NCBI GenBank assembly: GCA_964506935.1
Contig: CAZDOD010000001.1
Coordinates: 1-46,673, forward strand
DNA length: 46,673 nucleotides
Source: an uncultured Thermodesulfobacteriota bacterium
GTDB lineage: Bacteria; Desulfobacterota; Zymogenia; Zymogenales; Zymogenaceae
Reading direction: 5' to 3'
Shown here: one piece after another, positions 36,513 through 45,277 of the stretch
Layout of the letters: the number at the start of each line of letters is the position of its first letter
How positions within the stretch are numbered: position 1 is the first letter of the stretch
Made by a program: the position numbers and the translations under genes
The notes under the pieces: generated by a model
The model's database searches: none
The model's input: only the letters and a program-made list of their open reading frames with translations
Told to the model about the DNA's origin: nothing

Positions 36513-37874
36513 TCACTTCCCCGGATCGATCTTGTAAGACCTCATCTTCTTGTGTAGGTGGCTCCTCTCTATCCCGAGGGTTTTTGCCGTCTGGGAGATG
36601 TTGAAATCGTTCTCTTTGAGCTTCTTTTCAATGAAGATGCGCTCAAATTTCTCCCTTGCCTCCTTTATGTCGTCAAGGCCGAAGAGGTCTTCTCCAATAG
36701 ACGGGGCAGTTTTGCTTTTTATATATGCGGGGATGTCTTCTGTTCCGATTACGCTGTCGGGGCACATGATTATGAGTCGCTCGACAATGTTTTTGAGCTC
36801 CCTTATATTCCCCGGCCAGCGATAGAGCTTGAGGACATCCATAGCCGAGTCATCGATTACCTTCTGTCTCCTTTTATCCTCCTTGGCCAATTCATCGATG
36901 AAGTGGCCGATGAGTAGCGGTATGTCTCCGGCCCTCTCCCTTAGGGGCGGTACGAGTAGCGGGATGACATTAAGGCGGAAGTATAGGTCTTCCCTGAAGC
37001 TCCCCGCCTCTATTCTTTTTAGGAGGTCCTGGTTCGTGGCGGCGATGACCCTGACATCGACTTTGATCGTTTTTGTCCCCCCAACCCGCACGAAGCTCTG
37101 CTCCTGGAGTATCCTTAATATTTTTGCCTGGGTCTTGAGGCTCATATCGCCGATTTCATCGAGAAATATCGTCCCACCGTCCGCGGCATCAAATTTCCCC
37201 GGTTTTTTTGTAGACGCTCCCGTGAACGCCCCCTTCTCGTGCCCGAAGAGCTCGCTCTCGATCAGCTCTTCCGGTATGGCTGCGCAGTTTACGTCAACGA
37301 AGGATCCATCGCTCCTCTTGCTCATGGCAAATAGGGTCCTCGCCACCAGCTCTTTGCCTGTGCCGTTCTCCCCGCTGATCAGGACGTAGCTGTCGTTGGG
37401 CGCCGCCCTCTTGATATCTTCCTTAAGGGCCTTTATGGGAGGGCTCTCGCCCACTATCTTGTAGCTTATATCGAAGCGCTGGCGGTAAAGTGAGACCTCC
37501 TTTTCGAGGCTCTTTTCCTTCAAGGCGTGGTCGATCGTGATAATAACCTTTTCCAAGGATAGCGGTTTCTCGATGAAATCATATGCCCCGAGTTTTGTCG
37601 CCTTTACGGCGGTCTCGATGTTTCCGTGTCCTGATATCATGATTACGGAGACATCCGGAAATTCCTCCCTGACCTTCGTCAGCACCTCCATCCCGTCCAT
37701 CTGGGGCATCCAGATATCCAAGAGCAACAGGTGAGGCCTCTCGGTCTCGACAAGCTCCAGCGCCTTTTCACCGTCTTCTGCCGTGAGGACGATATATCCC
37801 TCGTCGGTTAGAGCGCCGGAAAGGGATTTTCTGATGCTCTCCTCGTCGTCTACTATGAGAATCCGCTTTTTCAT
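36513..37874 (-). CDS. ntrX: Sigma-54-dependent response regulator (receiver, AAA+, Fis-type HTH), partner of the NtrY-like kinase
   Basis: 'ILIVDDE...LLLLDIWMP', Walker A 'GENGTGKE', 'GAFTGA' and the C-terminal HTH 'ISQTAKTLGIERSHLHKKM' are present. There is a 4-nt overlap with the kinase gene. Confidence 0.85.
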   Translation of the reverse strand: MKKRILIVDDEESIRKSLSGALTDEGYIVLTAEDGEKALELVETERPHLLLLDIWMPQMDGMEVLTKVREEFPDVSVIMISGHGNIETAVKATKLGAYDFIEKPLSLEKVIITIDHALKEKSLEKEVSLYRQRFDISYKIVGESPPIKALKEDIKRAAPNDSYVLISGENGTGKELVARTLFAMSKRSDGSFVDVNCAAIPEELIESELFGHEKGAFTGASTKKPGKFDAADGGTIFLDEIGDMSLKTQAKILRILQEQSFVRVGGTKTIKVDVRVIAATNQDLLKRIEAGSFREDLYFRLNVIPLLVPPLRERAGDIPLLIGHFIDELAKEDKRRQKVIDDSAMDVLKLYRWPGNIRELKNIVERLIIMCPDSVIGTEDIPAYIKSKTAPSIGEDLFGLDDIKEAREKFERIFIEKKLKENDFNISQTAKTLGIERSHLHKKMRSYKIDPGK

Positions 37875-40105
37875 AGAGTGCTCACTGGGAGTTCTATCGT
37901 AAACTTCGTGCCTTTTGGTTCATTATCGGAAACCCTTATGTAGCCGCGATGATCCGAGACGATGGTATTCACGATGGTAAGGCCGAGCCCCGTCCCCGTC
38001 TTTTTCGTGGAGTAATAGGGTTCAAAGAGGCGTTCCTTTACATCCGTTGGTATGCCGCGGCCGGTATCGGATATGACGAGATTTGCCGTATTCAAATCCT
38101 TCCTAAAGGAGGTCTCTATTTCTATTTCACCATCTCCGTCCACCGCCTCCACGGCATTCTCCAAGAGGTTTATAAGCGCCCTCTTTATCTGCTCCTTGTC
38201 GAGTTTCATCTTCGGGAGATTTTTGTCTTCAATGAACCGATAAGTAATGTCTTTGTGGGCGTCCTTATAGAGGGAAAGGGTCTCTTTTACGATTTTGTTG
38301 AGGTGGTTTAATACGGGCTTTGCCGCCGGGAGCCTTGCGAAGTGGGAAAACTCATTGACCAGAGTCTTCATCTCATCAACCTGTGTAATGATAGTCCTTG
38401 TGCACTCATCCAAGACCTCACCGTCATCTACCAGCTTATCGAGGTATTTTTTCCTTATCCGTTGGGCCGATAGCTGTATGGGTGTTAAGGGATTTTTGAT
38501 CTCGTGGGCTATTCGCCTCGCCACTTCACGCCAGGCGGCCATCCTCTGTGCCCTCATCGCCTCGGTTATATCGTCGAAGACCGCCACTATGCCAATGTAA
38601 TTTCCATCCTCGTCAACAAGGTTGTTGGCGTTCGCCATCAGGATGAGTATCCTGTCTTCGAGTGGGATCTCGACCTGACGCTGGATGTAGCCGTCCTTTG
38701 ATCTCTTTAGCTCTTCCATTAGACCAATGATTATATGGTAGTGTTTCGGCTTGAGGACCTCCGTGAATGGGCGGTTCATTACCTTCTCGGTCTTGATCCC
38801 GACCATCCTCTCGGCCGATCTATTGATTGTAGTGATGATTCCATTCTCATCAATAGATATTACACCTGCGGCGACATTTTTCAGGACTATCTCCATGTAC
38901 ATTCTTCTCTGCTCAAGCTCCAAGTTCGATCGGGATAGTTCGTTGTATGCCCTCTCGAGCCTCCTCGACTGGGTCTTGAGATCCTGGGTCATCTTGTTGA
39001 AGGAGTCGACGAGGGTCCCGACTTCGTCGCTGACGGAGACATCGACAAAGACTTCGAGATCACCGCCGGCGACTTTCCTTGTGCCTTCGGCAAGGAGTCC
39101 GATCGGACCAGTTATACCCTTGGCAAGGTAAAAACCGAGCCATGTTGCGGTGAAGACTACCAGTAGCGCGATGGCTGAAAGCGTGATGAGATAACTCACG
39201 ACGATGGATTCCTTAAAGAGCTTATTCCTCTTATATTCCTCGAGGAAGCGGCTTGTCTCAATCATCTTTGCCATCATCGACTTCGGCACAAAGTTGGCGG
39301 TCATCACCACGGCTTTCACCCCTTCCTCCGCGGTCAAGGGGTAAAGCGCCCATACTACATCTCCGTATCCTGTCGTCTGGATCGTCGATACCGGCTTTCC
39401 ATCCAGTGCCTCTTTGAAGAGGCTCGAATTCAGATGTTCGAGGGCCATCTTCGGGATATCTTCACTGACCGATGATGTGAGTTCCTCCATTTCCGGGGAG
39501 AATATCTTGATCAGCCCGAGACCACTTATATTTCTCTGCTTGTCGACATAGCTCTTGAGGTTTTTTCGATTCTCACTTTTGAGGAGACCTGAATTTGCCA
39601 CCTCATTGCCTATTTCTTTGGCGGCGCTTAGGGCCTTGTCTGTGGACAGGGTGTAGTAGGTCTGGGCTATATCCAGCGAGCCTTCGAGGGAGTTCTCGAC
39701 CTGAATGTTGAAAAACTTATCCATGCTGCCGGAGAAAAAAAGCATGGCGGCAAGAAACATTACGAGGGTGGGAAAGAGTGTGAGGCCGGCGAAACTCAAT
39801 ACGAGCTTCGTCCTGAGCTTCGCTCCTTCAACATTCTTCCTCCTCTCAAATATGAGCTTTACGAAGTTCCTGATGACGAGAAATATCACAAGTATCAGGA
39901 GGATGATATTGATATCTATCAGGGCGATCAGCAGGATGTTTTCGCCGACACCTATGTCGAGGTCCTTCTGGGTGAGGACGGTACCAAGGATTGTCAAGAC
40001 TACGATGACTACGGTGGCGACGACTATTATAAATCTCTCTCGTCGCCACTTAGCTTCCTCGGAGGGAGATCTCGGATGCTCCCTTTTTCTATCTATTCTT
40101 TTCAT
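37871..40105 (-). CDS. ntrY: NtrY-like membrane sensor histidine kinase (TM, HAMP, PAS, HisKA, HATPase)
   Basis: N-terminal helices, HAMP 'GDLEVFVDVSVSDEVGTLVDSFNKMTQDL', H-box 'AHEIKNPLTPIQLSAQRI' and 'GTGLGLTIVNTIV' are present. Confidence 0.8.
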   Translation of the reverse strand: MKRIDRKREHPRSPSEEAKWRRERFIIVVATVVIVVLTILGTVLTQKDLDIGVGENILLIALIDINIILLILVIFLVIRNFVKLIFERRKNVEGAKLRTKLVLSFAGLTLFPTLVMFLAAMLFFSGSMDKFFNIQVENSLEGSLDIAQTYYTLSTDKALSAAKEIGNEVANSGLLKSENRKNLKSYVDKQRNISGLGLIKIFSPEMEELTSSVSEDIPKMALEHLNSSLFKEALDGKPVSTIQTTGYGDVVWALYPLTAEEGVKAVVMTANFVPKSMMAKMIETSRFLEEYKRNKLFKESIVVSYLITLSAIALLVVFTATWLGFYLAKGITGPIGLLAEGTRKVAGGDLEVFVDVSVSDEVGTLVDSFNKMTQDLKTQSRRLERAYNELSRSNLELEQRRMYMEIVLKNVAAGVISIDENGIITTINRSAERMVGIKTEKVMNRPFTEVLKPKHYHIIIGLMEELKRSKDGYIQRQVEIPLEDRILILMANANNLVDEDGNYIGIVAVFDDITEAMRAQRMAAWREVARRIAHEIKNPLTPIQLSAQRIRKKYLDKLVDDGEVLDECTRTIITQVDEMKTLVNEFSHFARLPAAKPVLNHLNKIVKETLSLYKDAHKDITYRFIEDKNLPKMKLDKEQIKRALINLLENAVEAVDGDGEIEIETSFRKDLNTANLVISDTGRGIPTDVKERLFEPYYSTKKTGTGLGLTIVNTIVSDHRGYIRVSDNEPKGTKFTIELPVSTL

Positions 40106-40120
40106 CGTTAGAATCTAAAA

Positions 40121-40678
40121 TTAATATACAAATTCCTCCACATACCATTTGGTCTCGAACCTCCAGAGATTCACGAAAAATAGGACATAATGCAAAGACT
40201 CCGGTATATCAACCTTGTCCAGCTCTCCCTTTATCCCAAGGTGGTATGTCTCACCCTTTTCGAGCATATGAAGGGAGACCAGAGGATAGAATTTGACCCT
40301 TGCCATTATCCTCTTGGCATTCTCGAGATCCTTTACCACAACAGGTTTTTCCCCCTCCTCTTCCTTTATGATTGTGTACTCCTCCATGAGGGTATCATAT
40401 TTAATGGTATGCCTGAAGGTTTTGCTCACTACATTTGCGTCAAACCATATACCTTTTAGCTTCTTCATATTGACATTAAAAGTAAAGGTTGTGGGTATGC
40501 CGCTCTTTATCACTTCATCTATCTCGGCCGTGTAACATCCATTAATGTTAAAATAGATATAGACCGTGTTCTGGTATGTCGTGATAACGACATCCGTGAT
40601 CGAGGGCTCCTGGGCCTTGGCAGTGCTTGCCAAAAAGAGCACGAGAAGTATTGTTAAGACAATGTGTCGAGGTTTCAT
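40121..40678 (-). CDS. Secreted DUF4390-like protein (the family commonly precedes ntrY)
   Basis: Signal peptide 'MKPRHIVLTILLVLFLASTAKA' is present. Size and position upstream of ntrY fit. The family assignment is from memory of the synteny, not from a motif. Confidence 0.5.
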   Translation of the reverse strand: MKPRHIVLTILLVLFLASTAKAQEPSITDVVITTYQNTVYIYFNINGCYTAEIDEVIKSGIPTTFTFNVNMKKLKGIWFDANVVSKTFRHTIKYDTLMEEYTIIKEEEGEKPVVVKDLENAKRIMARVKFYPLVSLHMLEKGETYHLGIKGELDKVDIPESLHYVLFFVNLWRFETKWYVEEFVY

Positions 40679-41523
40679 AGCTCGACTATCTCATATGGTT
40701 TTTGTTCGGCCAGCTTAGAAACAAGTTTGTGGTTTAGGCGGTGTCCTGATTTATATGCCGTAAATTTTCCGACAATCGGCATGCCGAATAGTGCCAGATC
40801 CCCAATGGCGTCGAGGCACTTGTGTCTCACACATTCGTCGGGGAACCTGAGCCCCTCGGGATTGAGCACACCTTCGTCATCGATCACAACCGCGTTTTTT
40901 AAGGATCCGCCCTTGGCGAGGCCTTTTTTGCGCATTTCGTCGACATCCGCGAGTAGGCCGAATGTCCTGGCGGGCGCTATTTCGATTTCAAAGAAATCCG
41001 GGGTGAGCTCAAAGGCGAAGTGCTGTGTTCCTATATGGGGATTTTCGTAGACGATCGTATAGTCGATAAAAAGCCCTTTTTGTGCGGGTTCAAACTTCGC
41101 CCACGAGTCACCGGATTCTACCCTTATCTCCTGTGTGATCCTTGCAGCTAGTTTTTTCCCGCCGGCATCAACGATCCCATCTGAGTTTATCAGGTGGACA
41201 AAAGGGGCGGCACTTCCGTCGATTACGGGCACCTCCGGGCCGTTAATCTTGACCGTCACGTTATCTATGCCAAGGGCATATAACGTCGCCATGAGGTGCT
41301 CGACGGTCGAGACGCTCGCCTCACCCTCTATAATCGTTGTGGCGAGCACCGTATTCTTAACCCTCGAATGGTGGGCGGGTATCCTGATATCCCCGAGATC
41401 ACCACGTATAAATATGATCCCATCTCCCGCATCTGCGGGTAGGATGGTTATTTTGACTCTGCTCCCTGTATGTATCCCTACATCTTCTAAGGAAATCTCT
41501 TTTTTTATAGTCCTTTGGTGCAT
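40675..41523 (-). CDS. lpxC: UDP-3-O-acyl-N-acetylglucosamine deacetylase
   Basis: 'MHQRTIKKEISLEDVGIHTGSRVKITILPA', 'VSTVEHLMATL' and 'ECVRHKCLDAIGDLALFG' are present. Confidence 0.95.
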   Translation of the reverse strand: MHQRTIKKEISLEDVGIHTGSRVKITILPADAGDGIIFIRGDLGDIRIPAHHSRVKNTVLATTIIEGEASVSTVEHLMATLYALGIDNVTVKINGPEVPVIDGSAAPFVHLINSDGIVDAGGKKLAARITQEIRVESGDSWAKFEPAQKGLFIDYTIVYENPHIGTQHFAFELTPDFFEIEIAPARTFGLLADVDEMRKKGLAKGGSLKNAVVIDDEGVLNPEGLRFPDECVRHKCLDAIGDLALFGMPIVGKFTAYKSGHRLNHKLVSKLAEQKPYEIVEL

Positions 41524-41530
41524 TTGAGAT

Positions 41531-41559
41531 ATTATATATCTCTTGATTTGACCTTACAA
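41531..41559 (-). promoter_or_regulatory. Candidate sigma70 promoter abutting the lpxC start codon
   Basis: The minus strand reads TTGTAA-ggtcaaatcaagagata-TATAAT. The -10 ends 7 nt before ATG 41523, and there is no SD. Confidence 0.45.
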
Positions 41560-41576
41560 GCCTTTTTTCCTGTAAA

Positions 41577-42254
41577 TCAGGGCGTGATTCTAACCGGCCT
41601 TTCCGTAAAAGAATTTGCATGGATGGATATAAAGCGCTGGGGGTCTCGGTAATAGCCGCTGTCTTCCAAAAAGGGGATAAATGTTAAGGTGGGGTTTTTA
41701 AGGGTCAGATTTATTTTTGATACGAATTCTATCGATCCTTTTCTCGCCTCAGACAGGGTGGAGATGAAAATCACCTTTGCGTAATTTCTCGCCGATGCCT
41801 CACTGATAACGGGACCCCAGATATAGCCCCGCATAGGATCTGAGGGGGAAAGAAAGGGCTGATTGTGGGTGAACCTTTCGGACAGGTTCAACCTGTGCTG
41901 CTCGATCTTGAGGGGAGGGGCGGCCATGTATAGGGTAAGGGGCATTTTCTCTTTGGATTCTGTCGCCTCGCTAAAGGCGATGTGATGTGCGTAAGATTCA
42001 AGGTCGTCTATCTTCCCGAGGGGGGTCTCGGCCGAAATGTGAAATGTCCAGAACGGTATGTAATGGGGGTTTTTAACATCCCCCGAATAAAAGAGTACCC
42101 GCATCGGTTTTAATCTTCCGCCGCTCTCCTCCCAGAGATTAAGGCACATCCTGCACAAAAAAACCTTATCCTCCCTCCCGATGCCGACATCGCCACCGCA
42201 GCGGGGACATCTGAGCGGCAGGAGCGAAAGCGAAGGCCGATTAGCCAATGACAA
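41577..42254 (-). CDS. Zinc-ribbon-headed protein, soluble (paralog 3 of 3)
   Basis: 'CPRCGGDVGIGREDKVFLCRMC' (CxxC-N14-CxxC) is present. The start is TTG (42254 or 42248) behind GGAGGAGGAGG embedded in the upstream gene's last codons. Confidence 0.7.
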   Translation of the reverse strand: MSLANRPSLSLLPLRCPRCGGDVGIGREDKVFLCRMCLNLWEESGGRLKPMRVLFYSGDVKNPHYIPFWTFHISAETPLGKIDDLESYAHHIAFSEATESKEKMPLTLYMAAPPLKIEQHRLNLSERFTHNQPFLSPSDPMRGYIWGPVISEASARNYAKVIFISTLSEARKGSIEFVSKINLTLKNPTLTFIPFLEDSGYYRDPQRFISIHANSFTERPVRITP

Positions 42255-43251
42255 TTTCCTCCTCCTCCCATGGCCTGATAAAGAACCTGTTGAGTGATGA
42301 CAAAAATTGTTTTTTCTTTCCTAAAATCAGTGGGGCGGTTATTAGAAAAAGGAACACCAGCATGCTTATCATCGGAAACAGGGTCAAGAAAAAGGCAAAA
42401 ACAGATAGGATTAATATCCCCGGAACTATGTTTGTCCTTTTTCTCTTCGGGAGTCTCGCCTTGATGATGTTTCCCCTTATCCCGTCCACGACCACCCGTA
42501 TGGCTTCGCTGCCGTAGAGAAACCGTACGATCCAGAGGGGATAATAGATTTGGGAGAGATCTTCAGATATCTTGTTCGCCTCAAAATATGTCAGTGGAAA
42601 TCCCGTGGGCCTTGCCGATGAGGAAAGCGCCGCCCACGCCTCTCTTGAGGCCGCTCTCGGGTCTTTGACCGCATCGAAGACCATCCATTTCGGGCTTATC
42701 AGGGCTGGGTTGAAGATGTGAAGCTCTAGGACGCTAGACTGGGTGGAGACGCCGAACATTCCGAGCTCGGTGACGTTGAGGGCGGGGGTGAAATAGTTTA
42801 TCTCTTTAGAGTAGCATCCCGTTACCTTCTCCCTCGGAATCTTGGGAATGATGACCTCTCCATCTTCGGTCTGCATCCCGCCGGAAAGGACTTTTGCGGG
42901 TTTTTCGCCTATATACCACCCGCCCCCCTTTATCTTTACCTTGTAAAAGGGGACATAGACGAGTTTTGCATCGATGAGGCGGACGACCATTCTCGCCATC
43001 TCATCGGTCTCCTTTTTCTTTACGAGGTTTTTGACAACGCCGATTGCCTGAGGGCGCTCGATCATTTTGGGGATGTAGAAATTTTTCAGGCCACCGCTTC
43101 CCACCACGATGTGGGAGAGCCCACAGTGTTTGCAGCTTACCTTTGTGTATCCCTCGATAAAAGATATCCCGGAGCCGCACGAAGGGCATATGACCGCTAT
43201 CGTGAAGTTTCTGTTCTTCTTTCCCTGTTCGGTGATTTCTGTTTCTTTCAA
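42241..43251 (-). CDS. Zinc-ribbon-headed protein with two C-terminal TM helices (paralog 2 of 3)
   Basis: 'CPSCGSGISFIEGYTKVSCKHCG' (CxxC-N14-CxxC) and the C-terminal 'ILILSVFAFFLTLFPMISMLVFLFLITAPLIL' are present. TTG 43251 is the only start codon upstream of the ribbon. Confidence 0.7.
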   Translation of the reverse strand: MKETEITEQGKKNRNFTIAVICPSCGSGISFIEGYTKVSCKHCGLSHIVVGSGGLKNFYIPKMIERPQAIGVVKNLVKKKETDEMARMVVRLIDAKLVYVPFYKVKIKGGGWYIGEKPAKVLSGGMQTEDGEVIIPKIPREKVTGCYSKEINYFTPALNVTELGMFGVSTQSSVLELHIFNPALISPKWMVFDAVKDPRAASREAWAALSSSARPTGFPLTYFEANKISEDLSQIYYPLWIVRFLYGSEAIRVVVDGIRGNIIKARLPKRKRTNIVPGILILSVFAFFLTLFPMISMLVFLFLITAPLILGKKKQFLSSLNRFFIRPWEEEEIVIG

Positions 43252-43283
43252 GGTAAAGGAAATTCTATTGATTATCTAAAAAA

Positions 43284-44036
43284 TCAGTTATTTTTGCCCT
43301 TCTCGATTATCCGTCTTGATATCAGAATGAGTATGGCGGCCGCAGCCCCGATCGCAAAGCCTTTTATCAGAGGAGAAGAAAAGATGGTTCCGAGTGTGAT
43401 AAATATCCCGAAGGCGAAGGTGAAAAAGATAATCGGCCTGTAATCGACTTTATCCCCACCGACGGCGGGGAGGGTATCGGAATATATCCTCGTGGATTCC
43501 CCGGCAAGTAGTGCGTGATGGACGGCCCCATCGAGCCCAAAATCGATAAAGTAGATCGGGAGATAGACTAGCCATAGTCTCTCCACGTTCCTATCAGACT
43601 CCCCTTCATCTCTCGTCCATAGCGATGCCATCTCAGGCTCTATTGTCGGGGGACTTACCTTCTCACCCGGAAATATCCCCTCCTCGAAATATTTCAGGTC
43701 TCCGGCGGGTATCTTTACAGAAGATATCTCGGTGTGGATGGTCTTTGCGCCGGGCTGGGTCTTTGTGGTCCCGTCATGAAAGGTGATGTGCCAGACGGGA
43801 AAATATCTGAAGTCTATCTTTATGTCTTTCGGGGCGGATCTTATTTTGTTTTGCTTTAGCCTTGCCGAAAGGGCACCGGACGCCCAAATGTCGTTTCTGG
43901 CGTGCTCCAAAAAAAAGCATTGAAAGGTTCGATCTCGCTCGAGGATGAGGGAAGACCTACAGTGCGTGCATGTCAGAAACCTCTTGTCCTTGTCTATCTT
44001 TATCTTTGCCCCGCACTGGGAGCACGTCACTATCAT
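43284..44036 (-). CDS. Zinc-ribbon-headed protein with two C-terminal TM helices (paralog 1 of 3)
   Basis: 'MIVTCSQCGAKIKIDKDKRFLTCTHC' (CxxC-N14-CxxC) and the C-terminal 'IIFFTFAFGIFITLGTIF...FAIGAAAAILILI' are present. Confidence 0.75.
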   Translation of the reverse strand: MIVTCSQCGAKIKIDKDKRFLTCTHCRSSLILERDRTFQCFFLEHARNDIWASGALSARLKQNKIRSAPKDIKIDFRYFPVWHITFHDGTTKTQPGAKTIHTEISSVKIPAGDLKYFEEGIFPGEKVSPPTIEPEMASLWTRDEGESDRNVERLWLVYLPIYFIDFGLDGAVHHALLAGESTRIYSDTLPAVGGDKVDYRPIIFFTFAFGIFITLGTIFSSPLIKGFAIGAAAAILILISRRIIEKGKNN

Positions 44037-44077
44037 CTGTTCTCAAGACTCGGCATGTAAAGAAAAGGGTTTTTTGC

Positions 44078-45259
44078 CTACTTTTCGACCTTCTCGCCGC
44101 ACTCGGTGCAGAACTTTGTCCCGTCGGGGAGCTTGGCCCCGCACTTCGGGCATTTCACCTCCTCGCCCACCTTTTTCCCGCATACGGAGCAGAATTGGGC
44201 CTCGGGCGGGAGGTCCTTTCCGCAGTGCTGGCACTTGTTCACGACGACCATCTGAGTTCCGCAGCTCGGACAAAAGCGTGAGTTCAACGGCACCTCGGCA
44301 TGGCACTTTCGGCAGTTTACGTATCCCTGCTTCTTGATTTTTTCCGGCGACGCCTCACCTTCCATCATCGTTTTAAAAAGCATCCCCGGAACCATCATCC
44401 CGAGGCCCGCTCCAACGCCGACGCCCATTCCGGCGGCCGCCCCTGACGCCACCGTGCCTGGTGCTGCTCCCGTCCCGGCGCCCTCGGCCCCCGGCGCACC
44501 GGCGCCCGTGCTCAGGGCACCCATGGCCCTTGCCGCCTCGAACTTCAGAAACTGGTTCATGTCGCCGACGACGCCCATGCCTGTCTTTTCATCGATGACC
44601 TTCTGCACCTCGTCGGGCGGGGTAATCTCGTTGATAAAAAAATCAATTAGCTCTATTCCGTATTTATCGTAGTCTTCTTTGAGCCTGACTTTTGCAACCA
44701 CCGACAGCTCGTCATAGCTCTGCGGGAGGTCGAGGATGCTCTTCATGTGCTCTCCCAATAGGTCGTTGAGGCGAGAGACGATGACGTCCCTCAGATACCC
44801 CGATATACCCTCGGTCGTCATCATCCCTTTTGTGGCAACGAGGGTGTTGATGAAAAGCAAAGGCTGGGTGATCCTCATCGTGAAGTTCCCGTATGCCCTG
44901 AGCCTTACAAGCCCGAATTCGGAATCCCTGAAGGCGACGGGGTTCCTCGTGCCCCACTTCATGTCGGTGAATATCCTCATGTTTATAAATAGCACCTCAC
45001 ACCTGAAAGGGCTCTTAAACCCGAAGGGGAGCGACAGGACTTTTGTGAGTATCGGGAGGTTCATCGTGGTGAGTGTGTGTCTTCCTGGTCCGAAGACGTC
45101 GAGCCCTTTTCCGTCCCTGAAAAACACCGCCGTCTGGTTCTCCCTGACTACGAGCTGGGATCCCAGCTTGGTCTCCCCGGAGCCGGACTCCGGGACGCGG
45201 TGGACCATTTCGGTTTCATCCTCAAAGAAATATTCAATGACATCTAAAAACTCGGCCAT
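44078..45259 (-). CDS. SPFH/Band-7 protein of the YdjI/COG4260 type with a Gly/Ala-rich hydrophobic linker and three C-terminal zinc ribbons
   Basis: The N-terminus 'FLDVIEYFFEDETEMVHRVPESGSGETKLGSQLVVRENQTAVFFRDGK' is as in stomatin/prohibitin-family proteins with C-terminal Zn-ribbons. The tail carries 3x CxxC-N10-CxxCG. AAGGAGGA precedes the ATG. Confidence 0.8.
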   Translation of the reverse strand: MAEFLDVIEYFFEDETEMVHRVPESGSGETKLGSQLVVRENQTAVFFRDGKGLDVFGPGRHTLTTMNLPILTKVLSLPFGFKSPFRCEVLFINMRIFTDMKWGTRNPVAFRDSEFGLVRLRAYGNFTMRITQPLLFINTLVATKGMMTTEGISGYLRDVIVSRLNDLLGEHMKSILDLPQSYDELSVVAKVRLKEDYDKYGIELIDFFINEITPPDEVQKVIDEKTGMGVVGDMNQFLKFEAARAMGALSTGAGAPGAEGAGTGAAPGTVASGAAAGMGVGVGAGLGMMVPGMLFKTMMEGEASPEKIKKQGYVNCRKCHAEVPLNSRFCPSCGTQMVVVNKCQHCGKDLPPEAQFCSVCGKKVGEEVKCPKCGAKLPDGTKFCTECGEKVEK

Positions 45260-45277
45260 ATATTAAATCCTCCTTGT

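Noticed and set aside
43945-44672. Arg/Ser/Pro/Ala-rich plus-strand ORFs (43945..44337, 43970..44281, 44334..44672) and the minus ORF 44043..44306
   Set aside because: They are alternative frames or antisense frames of the Cys-codon-rich and Gly/Ala-rich part of the SPFH gene. Their composition is a by-product of that coding sequence.
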